DNA from: Leptogorgia sarmentosa
Lineage: Eukaryota
Length of the DNA stretch: 64,000 nt
Direction of reading: 5' to 3'
Assembly (NCBI GenBank): GCA_964658305.1
Contig: OZ210885.1
Coordinates: 9,362,001-9,426,000, forward strand
The notes beneath the pieces were generated by a model, which had not been told where the DNA came from, did no database searches, and worked only from the letters and a program-made list of their open reading frames with translations. The position numbers and the translations under genes were made by a program. Positions 42,701-57,700 of this stretch are shown here, piece by piece; the first letter of the stretch is position 1; every line of letters begins with the position of its first letter.

Positions 42701-45700
42701 ACCCCTAAAATAACAGTGTGTATGAATAAATTATACAGCATATTTTGATAACATTGGTCTGACAGAGATCGTCTTTGCCTTTTTTCGGTAGAAAAAATTA
42801 TTATTAGAAATAAACAATCAACTTGTAATATTTCAGCGGTGTCGCAATAATTCCCAATGCAAAGAAGGCATTGACAGCGTCATGGGATGGAAGTATCAGG
42901 GTTTGGAACCTGGGAACTGCTGCGTACATGGAACAATACAGTCTCTCTGATCATTCAACTGACGTCACAGATATCACAATCGCTCGTGATGGCCCTATAT
43001 GCGTTTCCGCTTCAAATGATGGTACTTTCAAAGTTTGGAATCTTCACACACATGCACAGTGCTTTTCTGTCAAAGGTATAGTTCAAATTGACTATTTGGG
43101 CCAGCTTTCTTATAAATAGGTTGCGGACGATCTCGTTTTCATTTCATTTCACTGACTAAATTCGTTTTCGTTTTACTAAATTGATATTTTCTGCAACGCT
43201 CTGCACTGATATGAAGACAGAAAACCGATGGTTAAGTACAGTTGAATGGATAGCAGGCTTTCGTAAATTAATAACGTTAATTGCCGTTAATTTGTATTTC
43301 TAAGATAATTGCATGTAAAGAAAAGAATTACCTTGATATTCTTATAACCAATCATAATTACAAAATTTCAACTAGTTTCATGCAGAATGAGGAAATAAAA
43401 CTTGAAAACAAAACAATAAGTGCTAAGATATTTTATATTTTGGTATTTCGCTCGTGTTGTGTTTGTCATTGTCGTCTGTGTGTATCAGATATTCCGTATT
43501 TCTACACTATTCCTTGTATTCATTAATAAACAAATTACTTCATGCGCAGTTGGCTCGTTTATTCGAATTTTATTATTTGCGAATCGTACACATCTCTATT
43601 TACATCATTGACGAAAGGGAAATGTTTTATGAGATTTGGCGATTGTCTACTTATACACTTTGTTTCAGAAATTTCGAAGAGTTCCTCTCGTTTACGGAAA
43701 GACAATACATAGAGATTAATGGCTACTCCACGGTTGGCGAGTGCATACGATTTGTATTTACCAATTGTGAAGGATCGTTAAAATAAAGGAGATCGCTGGA
43801 TGGTATACTCCAAAATAAGATATCCGCGACTGCTGTACATTCACGTCAGCGGTGATAGAAATTTCTATTGGCGTATTCACAAAATAAACCAGTCCCAAAC
43901 CATAAATCTGACCCTAACCTTTGGTTATGGTTTGGGACTCGTGGTTAGGGTCAGATTTATGGTTTGGGACTGGTTTATTTTGTCAAATACGCCAATAGAA
44001 ATTTCTATCACCGCTGACGTGAAGGTACAGCAGTCGCGGATATCTTATTTTGGAGTATACCATCTAGCGATCTCCTCAAAATAAACGAGTGACCCCGTGA
44101 GAAATCGAGTGACCCCGTGTGAGCTTTGCGATCACAAGGAGTAAATAATAATAACGGTACAATGGAGCAACTGTGAAGTTGTTTATTACAGGAGTATAAA
44201 GAAGAGTGTAGAGATACGGAATATTTGATACTGAAAGACAACAATGACAAATACAACGCAAGCAAAATATCAAGATATAAAATTCCTCACCACTTATTGC
44301 AACAATGAGGTTTTGCCTTGAACAGCGGATAGATGCACACTCATTTCTCTTCTGGTTGGAAATATGTCAATACGAAGTCTTGGAAAGGATTTAATGTGAA
44401 GTTACGTGGTTCCACATAAAGCCTATCACGGTTGTTGTGCAGTTTCAGCGTGCGTTTTCCAGTCCATTCTTTTGATAGTTTATGGTCTAGCCCACTAAAA
44501 TAAGGTTCAATATACGACCCGTGAAGGTTCGGCCGGATATTATAACATCAACAAGCAACAAAAGTTCTACTTACTACCTAAACGTTAGAAAACAAATTCA
44601 CTGCATATCGTTCAGTTGGTGAATAGAAATTTTGCTGCTTGTTAAAGTATCCAGCCATATTAGATACAGTATTTAATCCACTCCTCAAGAGTTTTCTTTT
44701 CATTGCATATAAATCCTTAAATTGCAAAGATTTTTACATTAATTTTAATAACGCGTCCAACATGATCATGCACATCTCATTTCTGACTGTTTCAGAAAAT
44801 ATCCTTTTAATGTTTACTTAAATTTCTGAATCGATTATTTTTCCTTCCTGATTAATAGGTGACCTTGAATGGGCAAAACATGTTGCAGTCTCTGCTGATG
44901 GTCGCTATGTCGTGTCGTTGTCAAAGGAAGTTCTACGAACGAACCCAACGAAGTCCTCGATAAAGGTATGGTACACAAGGCTACTAGCCATACTGTACAT
45001 ATAGAAATACAAGCATCCGAACACAAGAAATTTTTTGAATTGTTTGTTCCACGTTTCGACTCGGCGTATTCATTATTAGGAATGTATACAATTTTTACAA
45101 AACATGGGTATATATACTTCTGAAACTCATTAATAATTCATGAAGAAAACACAGATGAAATCGTCAGGGTGCAGGTGTCAGTATATGTAATACGCAGATT
45201 TCGGTTGATTTGGCATAAACTATAACTTTGATTTTCTGATGTTATATCAGATGTGTTCTTAAAATTAAAGAAGGTTTGTATCAGACCTTAGATAATCGAA
45301 GGCATACATGGACTGGAAACTCTGGCTTATACTGCACGACATCCGCGCTTTGCGCTTTGTTTTGAAACCTGTAACTTCACATTTAATCCATTCCAGGACT
45401 TCGTACTGACATATCCTAAACCGGAACCGAAAGAAATGTACATTTACATATAATATATAATAAGAAAACATAACAAATGACCGTTTGAAGTAAGTTATAT
45501 TTTAATATTAAAAATAGTCTAGGAAAATTGTATATCAGTATATGGATACGAGCATTGAAGCATTGGCTTTCAATTTCATAAACAGCTTTAAATTTCGACA
45601 GATTCAGTAAGTTACTAATTTACCATGTGTTATGGAATGGATTGTCATGCAAGATTTAAGATAAACTATACATCAACTTCATTCAGACCTATGTTTCAGG

Positions 45701-48700
45701 TGAACGTACACATATGTACTTACTACCTATTTTGTCTTGCTGGAAGACCCAGCAACAACTTACTGAATGCTGAAGTTCTGTCATGTACGAGTTTACCTAT
45801 TCGTGATGCGACGCAATATATATATTGTTCAAGATCGGTATCTATAGTTACGTATAATTGACATTTGATATATATATATATATTTCTTATTCCAAACTCA
45901 TAAGCCTAATTCCTAACGTCGCAGTTGGTACTGAATCTTAGGATTAAAGCAGCCCCCCCCACTCACCTGAAGTAAATGAAGTCGTGAATTAGTTGTCTTT
46001 CGCAACATAGGAAAATATATTTTTTTTTATACAGTTGTGAACTGATATTAGGTTTTTGCCACATGATCATGCATGATTATACCAATTGAACAAAATCAGC
46101 CCTGAAAATGCCCGAAAACATGTTCGACGATGTCCCTTTCAATTCACCATAAACTCGATCCATTGCTATTCAAGTTATGCGTTGAAACAAAACAACTTTT
46201 TAAATAAAGGGTATAAAATATCTCAATAATAGTCGCTCGTAATACAAAGCAGTACAACTGTAAATGTTGTTCATTAAGATGGCTTTCTGGGAATTTTGCG
46301 CGACTTCTTTTCATGAAATGGCAAAACTTGCTGTTCGAGCCCTTTAACCCACTGATCTCGAAGTAATGAATTTATCATCCTTTTCAATTCAGTCAATAAT
46401 TTTGAAGTTCCGTAATGAGATCAAATACTAAAATGAGTGAAATCGATCGCAATTTCCGTAAATGGTATCACAACATGCATGGTCGGATTATAAAGAAAAT
46501 GTCTTTTGCAGTTTAAGACATACACAGAGCTTGTCATAACTTTTCTAGTGGTTTCTAGAACGTTTAAAAGCTTTATCATGAATCACACGGCGTCCATCTT
46601 GGTGTGACCTCATTAGTTATTCACGGCCAAATTTAATAGGAAAAAGACGCCATTTTTGGAGGAAATTTATTCAGACCAATATGGCCGCCATTGGTTTATT
46701 TATGCATACAGAAGCTTTGTTCAGTCATATTATTGCTCAAGTGTACGTATATTTACGAAAATGAAACGTTAAAACTAACTGGAACGTAGTAACTAACTTT
46801 TTATGCTCTTTCTACATCTTTAAAAACTGGCTTCCAGTAATCGCTTTGAGTAGCACGCAAAATATAAGCAACGAAACTTATTTTGCTTGTTAGTTATTAT
46901 ATTCACAATTAGTTTGGATAAATCATTATATCACAAGTTTTAAGCTTCATGCAGAATATTAATTTTTCCTTTTATTTTTTAAGGTGTGGAATTTGTCTGA
47001 TGGCAGTGTGATCAATGGAATTGATAGCGATGGCACACCTGAGATTGTTCGCTTTAGTTCTGATGGGTTGCATGTTATAATTGGATGCAAAGATAACCAT
47101 GTGTTCATCTGGGACTGGCAAAATCCTGATGCGTCTTTGAAAGAAGTCATTTTACCCGTGTCCTATACAGTGGAAATAGCATGCGATCGCAACATGATTT
47201 ACACATGCTGCGCTGATATGCATATTTGTGAAATCAATCTCGACTCTTTGCAAGTATCGACTGTACGTCCGAGGGTCGCACCTGTAATATCACCCGACGG
47301 CAAAGATCTTTTGTTTGGCTTGCTTCAGAATAATGTGTTTCTCCACCGGAAACTTTCAACTGCTAGTTGGGTCGACCATAATGCAGGTGGGTAAATCAAG
47401 GAATATTTGAAACTTCCAAATACTTTTAAGTCTTTGATGCGACTACAGGATTTTTTACTATATTCATACACACAATAATTTATATGTGTGAAATATCCGT
47501 TTTAAGTGAGAATATATTTTTCCCGAAAATTTACTTTGCATTCACTCGCGAATGAGTCAAATATTGAATTCGATTACGTGTTAGCTCTGAAATTGTCTTG
47601 GCTAGCTTTACAGGCTATTTTCTGTTCTGATTATAATTTATGTATTAAAGGATTACGGAGAATACAATTAAAACGGTTTCGTCACGAGTATCTACAAACC
47701 TGTATCCGCTATTTAGGTCGTGTTGCATGTAGCGAAAGAATACCAAAACTACGAGATTCCAAAAATTAGTCAACCCAGTCCAATGCGCAATAATAGTCGA
47801 ATCGAACTCTGACAATTCCTGTTTTCTTCTATACGCTTGAAGCTCACGAAATTTACATGAAATATGTCGTTTTTAGTGCATAATCACTAACTATGCTGAC
47901 TACGTTACTTATCGTTGCCGCTTATATTGTGTCTTCTGGGTCATCCTATATACTTATAAGAATACAGAATCCAGTCGCAAATCAATGGTCTATTCGCCCG
48001 TCAGTTATGAGTTTGACGGAATGCAAAATGAATGCAAAACAATCCGGGTAACAATTGACCTGCAAATGTGTTGGAAAAATAATACTGAAATTATTTCCAA
48101 AAAAGGTAACAGCACGAATCTCTGCTATTCGTCGTGTCGAAGCGTTTCTTGAACAAAATACACATATTTTGATATATAACGCTATTGTTTGTCCGTACAT
48201 TCACTACTGACTATTGCAGTGAAGTAAGGAAGGTACTTAGTGAAACGCAATCAAAACGACTTCGAAAACTGTTGTGCTGTAAAACCGCTGAAACTATAGT
48301 AGTTAAAACTTCCAAAATATGTTGCTATTTGGATACCTATAGGGCCATTTATACGAAGAAGAATAAGCCGCGGCCTATTTAGGCCGCGGCTAAAATAAGT
48401 CGCGAACGTCTGTATAAACGCACAATTTCTTCGCGACTAAAATAAGCCGCGGCTAATTTTAGCCCAGGGTTCCTGCCTCGTCTTAAATTAGCCGCGGCTT
48501 ATTTTAGTCGCGAAGAAATTGTGCGTTTAAACGGTTACGTTCGCGACTTATTTTAGCCGCGGCCTGTTTAAGCCGCGGCTTATTCTTCCTCGTATAAATG
48601 GCCCTTATATCTCCTTAAATTTTTATGTTTTCTAAAAAACATTCTAATATGTTTTCTAAATTATTCGACCGTGTAAAATTATTTTCGGACACACGGCCGT

Positions 48701-51700
48701 GTAGAAATCAGCCAACGTCAATGGGGTCAGCGTGTATACATAAAGATCTACTACGTTCTTTCGTAGATCTTTCGTTTCAACTTCCTTTTTCAAATTGAGA
48801 TGAGATTACTTCCCTCATTGTTTGAATTTGAAAATTAGACGCCTAAATCGAGCCTAACTAGTCAAATTTTCAAATTTGAAAATAAGTATAGAAACAAAAA
48901 TCCATCGCTACAATGGATAAAAGTGTGTCAAAATTAATTAGCATAACTGCAATGATTGGGAACAATAAAAAACATATTATGGCCATTCAAATCAAAGATC
49001 GTACAATGTACGTACCATTTATCAGGTGAAAGTGATTAAATTTCGGATGAAATAGGCGTGATTTACGGCCGTTTTCCATTGCAGTCGCTTTGCCCGCACG
49101 GGCAGAGCAAACATGTTTCAACTTTTGCTATGGGTGTCTAATCTGAGCGTTCTCTGTCTAATTTTGCACGCGCGGACACGCTTCGAAGTTGAACTACGTT
49201 CAACTTTCTTGGCGTGCCCGCGCGACGGATTTTTGACGAAGTTAAAGTTGTTCGCTCAGCCCGCGCGGGCAAAACGACTGTAATGGAAAACGGCCTTTAT
49301 TCCAGTATACTAGTCTTTTATTCACAACAGTGAATGACTTATTTTTGCATTTTCGATATCAGCGATGCATTTTCCTACCTGGATTTGAATAAAATTTCTA
49401 TTGCTACACCTATAAAGATTACTTGTCGTCTGAAGGATATTTTTCAATGATTGGCAGGCTACACCGCTGAAGCGTTGCATACTTGAATACTTCAAATAAA
49501 AATTTTACTTCCTTCATGCAGGTCACCCTGACGACTCGATAGTTACAGCAATTGACATCACATCAAATGGTAAATTTGCTCTGTCTGGAAGCAGTTCGGG
49601 AACATTGTCGCTGGTCGACATAGAGCGTTCTAAAATAGTTCAATTCGCAAACACCGAATCTGGAGTCGCCATACGTTTTGTCTGCTTATTAAGTGATGAT
49701 GTCCGTTTCGTTTTTGTTGACGAGGTAAACAGAATCGAACTTAGAACTTTTAATGATATCGAGGCCAGTATGAAATTGGGTCAACCAGACGTTAAAGTCA
49801 CTTGCATTACTGCTCTTGGTTCAAACTATGCATTGCTTGGTTGTGATGACGGAGAACTGTTATGGTTTCATCTTAACAATAAGTCGCAGTTGAAGTTCCC
49901 AGCACACGAGGTTGCCATTTCTCAAGTTAAAGGCGAGCTAGGAGGACATGATCGTTCTCTTCACTTTGCATCGGGGTCTATCGGTGGGTCTGTGAAGCTT
50001 TGGAATGTTGAAGAAAACGTGCCGACGTTAATATGGTCACATGACAACATTTGTTCTGATTCCATTTCCGAGTTAGAATTCGTGCACTGCTCCGATGATA
50101 TCATAATTGCTTCTGGCGACGAGGTATGTATATCATTATCCAAACGAGATTGTCAAACACGTTATTTTTGGCCGTGCTACTTGTTGCATAGGTTGAGCTG
50201 CAATTCAAATTTCGTGATGTCTCTTTACCGAACAAGATTGTCAAATGTTATTTTTAGGACTTAATACTTGTTGTAGTTGAGCTGCACTTCAAATTTCATT
50301 TCTTGCAGTACATGAAAAATAACACATACCATGCTCATAAGTTGTGAAGCGCTTCTACAGTGAATTAACTTTGTTCCAAGCATTATCTTAGAAATCGGGA
50401 GACAAATTTGGAAGAAAGCCCCTAGTTGAGCCCTTGACTGGAAGAACACAGCCAAATGAATGGTGGTGTTTAACTCGTGTGCATGTTTGTTTTTTCGCTG
50501 ATCGATGTTTTTTGCACTGTGGATAATGTAAAAAAAAGAAAAAACATGGTGTGCACGTCATTGTTACCGATTCCATGGCGAGAATCGCATTAAGATTAGA
50601 TCTGTCCGTATGGTTAAGCACGCTACCTGAGCGTGACTATTATGAGCGAATAGTCAACTCGGACCAATTGTGAAATATTCCCTAAACTAATAAAAGCGCG
50701 AAAAAGTTCTGAAAACACGCGTTCAGTTAGCCTAGGTAGCTTAATATACTCTGCAGTCTCGTACATCTGCATGGACTACATTTATTCAAAAATAGGTGCA
50801 CAAGTGTACATGTATTTGCGCTCAAGCTACCGGCGCGGTGATACAAACTTGTCAATGCGCGACTTGTTGGGTTTGTCCCAAATATTTGTCACCTTGCAAG
50901 TATAAAATTGTAATCCGCTAGCAAATAGCGCGACTGTTTTTCCGAAAGTACTGATTTCTGAAACGCGAGGTTGGGCGTTGAAGACTTGATATAAGCTTTC
51001 ATGAATATATCGCATTCCAAATATCAAATTGCAATGGAATTCAACTGGGCGACATACGATATGGCATATTTTAAATACCTCCTTCAAATTTATTGATTTA
51101 AACATTCGTTCTTGTAGACTACACTTTGCAATGTATCGGTACAAACATTGCAACATTGTTGTTGGTGCGAAGACAATATTTTACGACTTTTTATTATACA
51201 GTCGCAAATATTAATAACCCCCAGTCAGTAAAACTGATTATTATACATTTAAAATTTATTCTCGTTCCTGATTGGTCAGAAAGCACCGGCTAATTCTCAG
51301 TATTCGGTATTTATTACGTATTTTTCGCCGATGACGTCATCAGCGTCCAATAATTATTTTTTTGGATCGAACTTGCATCCAAAAAAAAATTATTGGACTC
51401 TCTCGTGCCCAAGCCCCAGCGCTGTCAAAAGCTTGAAGCTAAAAGCGCGCGAAAAAACAAACAAACAAGCAATGGCCTGCAGTAGATTATACTTCACAAA
51501 CTCCGGTCGAAATATATGGGAAAACATATGGTAAAGCTTGCCTTACCGTGCTCTAACTCACGTTTCAACGCTTCCGGAACCGGAAGAGAACAAGAAAGAA
51601 AAGAGAAAGGTCACATGACCCCGGGTATAAATACGCCAACCCCCCGGTGCACCGTCGGCTTTTTTCCTCGTGCTCACTCACGTAAGTAGACTCATACGGT

Positions 51701-54700
51701 AAGTTTTCGTACTGTTTTAAGCTTTTACTTCACTTTTGAGCTTTAGATTTGCAGGATGTCTGATAAAGCAACTCGTAAACGTCGCCGTAGTGATCGTACA
51801 TCGCCCACCGAGCGATCTTCGTCACCAAACGCGGAAAACCGCGGAGAACACCACGGTAAACACCGACGCAGGCGGGACAATAACACTGCCCCGACCGCCA
51901 ACAACGAAACGTTGACTAAGATTCTCGAGGGGTTTAACGACATGAAGCAACAGTTTGTGACTTGGACCACTCGTGTCACTGCCATTGAGTCTAAATTGAA
52001 CGAAACCTCTGCCACAACGGCCCAGTTTTCCGGCGAAATCGTCGACGACGATCGACTGTCAATTCACTCGCCGCAGGAAATCGACAATATGGCGTTCACC
52101 AATTCTGCCGTTGAGGCACCTTTAGCTGGCTCTTTGCCACCTTTAGACGGCGTTGAGTCGACACATCTGACCGATATCCCCGACCTGACCGGTCTTGTTT
52201 CGGAGGATGAAACTCCATGCGGGTTTTTTGACCCCGAGAGTACATCTCAACGACGATGGGCGCCTTCCGCCCCCTTTGGCCGATTTCTGGAGAAAAACAT
52301 GCGTAGACGCCTAACTTTAGAGCAAGTTAACGAAATAATCGGAGAAAATTTCTCCCTGAAACTGACGCATGCGTTGCGCCTTTACTCGACAAACAGATTC
52401 TAGACTATATTCCCGCCAGAAACAAAAGGTTCGTTGAACAACGGGATAAGGATTTAGCGCTTGTTCAACGCGCCTTGCTAAACTCGGCAGGCCCTCTGTG
52501 CTGCTTACATGACCGCCTCGAAAATCAGGACAAGATTTCCAATGAGGAACTGTTAAACACCCTTCAGCAATCACTCTGCCTGTTGGGCTCAGCCAGCCAC
52601 ATAGTGACAACTATTCGGCGTAAGAAGATTCTGGGAGCGATTAATCCGGATAAGGCTCAATTAGCCGACCGTGACTTCCCAAATGCGGGAAAGATGCTCT
52701 TCGGCGAAGATTTGCCCTCCTTAGCGGCCAAACACTCCGAATTGTCGCGGAGCCTGGCGAAAAACCTGCAAAAACGGCCGTACAGTGCCCAACCCCAGAC
52801 ACCGAGGGGCAGTTCTGGGGCCTTCGTGCCCCCCGCCAACAAGTATAGCTATTCAGGGCCTAAACAGGTCAGGTTAGCGAAGTCAGGCCAGCGCGGATCT
52901 TTTCCCAATAATACTAGACCCCCGAATTTTCGCGGCAGGCGGGACCAGACGAACCGCAGCTGGCCCCGCCAATAACTCGGCGAACGGCACGACTGCCTCT
53001 GTTCCTCCGTCACTGGCAGCGTATAACTCAAGACCGACAGGTCTTAGAGATCGTTCAGGGTTACCGGCTAAACTTTCACGCGAAACCGTTGCAAAGATTT
53101 ATTCCGCGAACAACGCCCACGGAAAACGCAAACGTAATGAGCAAGGAAGTTACAGCACTGCTGACCAAAGGGGCTATTATCCCCGTACAGTTTTCCCCGA
53201 GCGGATTTTACAGCCGCATGTTCCTAGTCCCAAAAAAGGGAGGCTCTTTTCGCCCAGTTATCGACCTCAGTCAGTTGAACAAGTTCGTCATAAACGAACA
53301 CTTTCAGATGGAAAACTTACTGTGCGCAAAACAAATTATAAACCCACAGGACTTCCTGGTAAAGTTAGACCTCAAGGACGCTTATCTGACGGTCGGGGTC
53401 CACCCCGATTCTCAACCATTCCTGAGGTTCATTTGGCAGGACCAACAAGGGGGAATTTCGTTCTCGACCAATCAGCGCATTTGTTGACATTTTTGCGCTA
53501 AGCCAATCAGAACGCGTAAATCGCTATTTTTTAAACAAAGATGGGTACAGATATATACTTTACTCTTCGGCTTTGTTGCCATTGGAATCTTGATATTTTA
53601 ATCTGAAATTAATATATGTTGTTTAGGAAAGATTTTCCTACAATATTACCGTGGCGATTTGTAAATAATGGCGATTTTGGGGAGATATGCACGTCCAAAC
53701 TTTGCCTCGCGCAAGCATAGATAATGCCCTTCGAATCCACCAACCTTTTGACATCTTAACTTATTAACTTGTTAATTTCCCGTGTCTAAACATGGATCAA
53801 TTCACGATCACAGTGTCATGAGTCATGATATGCACTACATGACTAACGGATGCTTTTGCGAACGTTTCAATCGCTTTTATTTTGCGAAGGAAAGCGAACG
53901 ATATTCTGAAACTCACCGAACTTCAAGACATCGAACTCAAACCTATGCCTTGGTTTTCACCCTCGATATCAAATTGAAGACATGAGGAATTCTTAGCAAA
54001 TCTTGCACACGCTTGTGTCTGGAATGTTGCACTGGAGATGAAACGAATTCCCACAGCCAAGAAAGACGCGCCATAATGTGTTTGTGTGAGTGAATGGACG
54101 GCATCACACACTCTGGTTTAAATCACAGAGTAAGAATAAGGTAAGAATTGATGTATATATTTTTATTGTACTATTTTAGAGACAAGGAAAGAACAGTGCA
54201 GCTGTCATTCAGTTATAGAAAATATATATTAGTAAAATTTATTGGACAAAAGTTCTGAAATTCCTTATCTAGTTTTAAATTTGATGTTTTAATTTTGCAA
54301 GCAATAACACATTAATATATTGCACTGCAATTATATGACCAATTACATGTAACTTACTTTTGTAGATTTAGTGACATTTCCTCTGAGGAAAATCCAAGTG
54401 GGAGCACTCTGTTGGTTACAACTTGTTCACCAAATAAATTGGGTAAGACCCATCTGCTTATGTCCTTCCTCTGCCTGCATTGCATCCCATGGTTGTTGGG
54501 TGGCTTGTCCTGAGTTGGAGTGGATTAAATTTTACTAATATATACTTTTTATAACTGAATGACAGCTGCACTGTTCTTTCCTTGTCTCTAAAATAGTACA
54601 ATAAAAATATATACATCAATTCTTACCTTATTCTTACTCTGTGATTTAAACCAGAGTGTGTGATGCCGTCCATTGCACTCACACATGCACATTATGGCGC

Positions 54701-57700
54701 GTCTTTCTTGGCTGTGGGAATTCGTTTCATCTCCAGTGCAACTTCCAGACATAAGCGTGTGCAAGATTTGCTAAGAATTCCTCATGTCTTCAATTTGATA
54801 TCGAGGGTGAAAACCAAGGCATAGGTTTGAGTTCGATGTCTTGAAGTTCGGTGAGTTTCAGAATATCGTTCGCTTTCCTTCGCAAAATAAAAGCGATTGA
54901 AACGTTCGCAAAAGCATCCGTTAGTCATGTAGTGCATATCATGACTCATGACACTGTGATCGTGAATTGATCCATGTTTAGACACGGGAAATTAACAAGT
55001 TAATAAGTTAAGATGTCAAAAGGTTGGTGGATTCGAAGGGCATTATTTATGCTTGCGCGAGGCAAAGTTTGGACGTGCATATCTCCCCAAAATCGCCATT
55101 ATTTACAAATCGCCACGGTAATATTGTAGGAAAGTCTTTCCTAAACAACATATTTTAATTTCAGATTAAAATATCAAGATTCCAATGGCAACAAAGCCGA
55201 AGAGTAAAGTATATATCTGTACCCATCTTTGTTTACAAAATAGCGATTTACGCGTTCTGATTGGCTTAGCGCAAAAATGTCAACAAATGCGCTGATTGGT
55301 CGAGAACGAAATTCCCCCTTGTTGGCAGGACCAGGTTTATCAGTTTCAAGCCCTGCCATTTGGCCTAAACACAGCACCGCGGGTCTTCACAAAATTACTC
55401 AGACCAGTGGTGGCCTTTCTCCGCACGCGAAACATCAGACTTCTGATTTATCTGGACGACATCCTCCTGGTGGCATCAAGTCCTTTGATTTTGCACCAGC
55501 ACACGAGCGTGGTGATAAACCTACTCCAAGATCTGGGATTTCTAGTCAATTTCGAGAAGTCAATCCTAACACCAACCCAAATCCTAGAGTTCCTAGGATT
55601 CATAATAAATACAGTAACTATGAGGTTTTATTTACCTGCGGAGAAGATAGCGAAAACCTCTCGCCTGTGCAAAGCCTTAATGAAGGCGAATCCAGCACCT
55701 TTACATCCCCTATCTCAGCTTCTGGGCTTTCTAGAATCGTGTCGACCAGCAGTATTGCTGGCCCCACTCCATTTCCGCCACCTCCAGTCGTCCTTAATCG
55801 AGCAGGTAGCGTTGAACAATGGGGGTTATCACGGCACAGTCCGCCTGAGCGGACCGGCACGGAACGAGCTGTATTGGTGGATCCAGAATATCCATCAATT
55901 GAATGGAAGTCCAATTCGCCCCCCCTCATCCGAAATGACTATCACGTCGGATGCCTCCAAGATGGGCTGGGGGGCCACTTGTGGCGATTTTTCAACCAAC
56001 GGACGTTGGTCACACGGAGAGAGCCTTCTTCACATAAACGTCCTGGAACTCAAGGCGGCTTTTCTCGCTATACAAACATTTCTGAAGTATCAAGCCAACA
56101 TAGTGGTGAAACTTCGCCTGGACAACACGACGGCTGTCTCGTATATCAACAACCAGGGCGGAACCCGCTCTTCAATCTTAACGTCCCTGACACTAGAATT
56201 ATGGAATTGGTGCCTAAGACACAACATACTTCTGAAAGCGGAATATCTTCCGGGGATCCAGAACGTACAAGCGGACAGCAAATCGAGGGTATTCAACGAC
56301 TCGAGCGATTGGAAAATACAATCAGAGATTATAGAACCCTTTCTCAGGGACAGGGAGGTCGACCTCTTTGCCTCCCGATTGACCAATCAACTGCCACGCT
56401 ATATCAGCTGGCGCCCGGATCCCCACGCTTACACAACAGACGCGTTTACAGTGGATTGGAGTACCATGAGGGGATACGCATTCCCCCCATTCAATCTGAT
56501 CCCTCGCACACTGATGAAGGTGAAGGACGACAATGCCACTCTAATGCTAGTAGCCCCAATTTGGCAAGCGCAGCATTGGTGGCCCCTGTTGCTACAACTG
56601 GCGATAAGCCTCCCAGTTCGCCTTCCATTGTCTCCAACTCTTTTGGAGGATCCGTCCAACCCAGGGGCCACTCATCCAATGTACCCAAGACTCCGGCTAG
56701 CCGTATGGGTCATCTCCAGCAACGCTGCTCAGCAGAGGGCTTTCCAAGCACAGTTACCCGACTATTGTCTTCCTCCACACGGCGGTCAACCAACAAGGCC
56801 TACGACTCCGCATGGGGAAAGTGGCATAGCTGGTGCCATAGCAGGCAAGTTGATCCGATTTCGGCAAGTATCAGAGATATCTTAACCTTCCTAAGTGATC
56901 AGTTTGACAACAAGCTCCAATACCGCACCATAAACGTTCTCCGTTCTGCCATCTCGTCTGTGCATCCCTGGGTTGACGGCAAACAGGTTGGACAACATCC
57001 TATGGTCATCCGACTCATGAAGGGCATCGCTAATGAACGTCCTTCGAAGCCGAGGTATTCGTCAACGTGGGATGTCTCCCAGGTCACGTCATATTTATCG
57101 TCACTAGGGGAGAATGAGCAGCTATGCCTAAAGTTGCTGACTAAAAAACTCCTGATGTTGCTGGCATTGATCTCACCAGAGAGGTCCTCTGTTCTATCGG
57201 AACTGGATATCAATTTCCTGAAGAAACAGCCAGATGGCTTTACATTCACATTAACGCAACCTCGCAAGACAGGGGACCCACGATCTCTCACAGCGATAGC
57301 ATTTCCATCCTTTCCGGACGACAGCACGCTGTGTCCCTTGGGATGCTTGGAAGCATATTTAAACGCTACAGGTGCGTTTCGAACTCGCCCTGACTGTAAG
57401 AAGTTATTCCTGTCGACCGTACGCCCACATCGACCCGTCTCGAAAAGTACAATTGCCAGATGGCTGTGCGACATAATAACAGCGTCTGGTATCGATTCCA
57501 CAATATTTAAGGCTCACTCTACAAGAGCAGCATCAACATCAGCGGCAGCTAAGAAACAGCTACCACTGAATGACATTCTGAAAATGGGTGATTGGACATC
57601 CTCTACCACTTTTCGACAGTTCTACTACAAACCAACGATTGACGATAGTTATGCGAAGACAGTGCTGCAACCCTAACGTTTTACGGGTATTTAACAGTTA

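Noticed and set aside
43905..43955. Telomere-like CCCTAACC/GGTTAGGG motifs
   Set aside because: Single units at the centre of a palindromic MITE, not an interstitial telomere array.
55277..55331. ORF-track starts of the 799-aa and 529-aa DIRS ORFs
   Set aside because: Both start codons lie inside the inserted fold-back element, so they are not native starts.
56899..57501. 200-aa minus-strand ORF
   Set aside because: Antisense shadow of the tyrosine recombinase gene with no motifs of its own.
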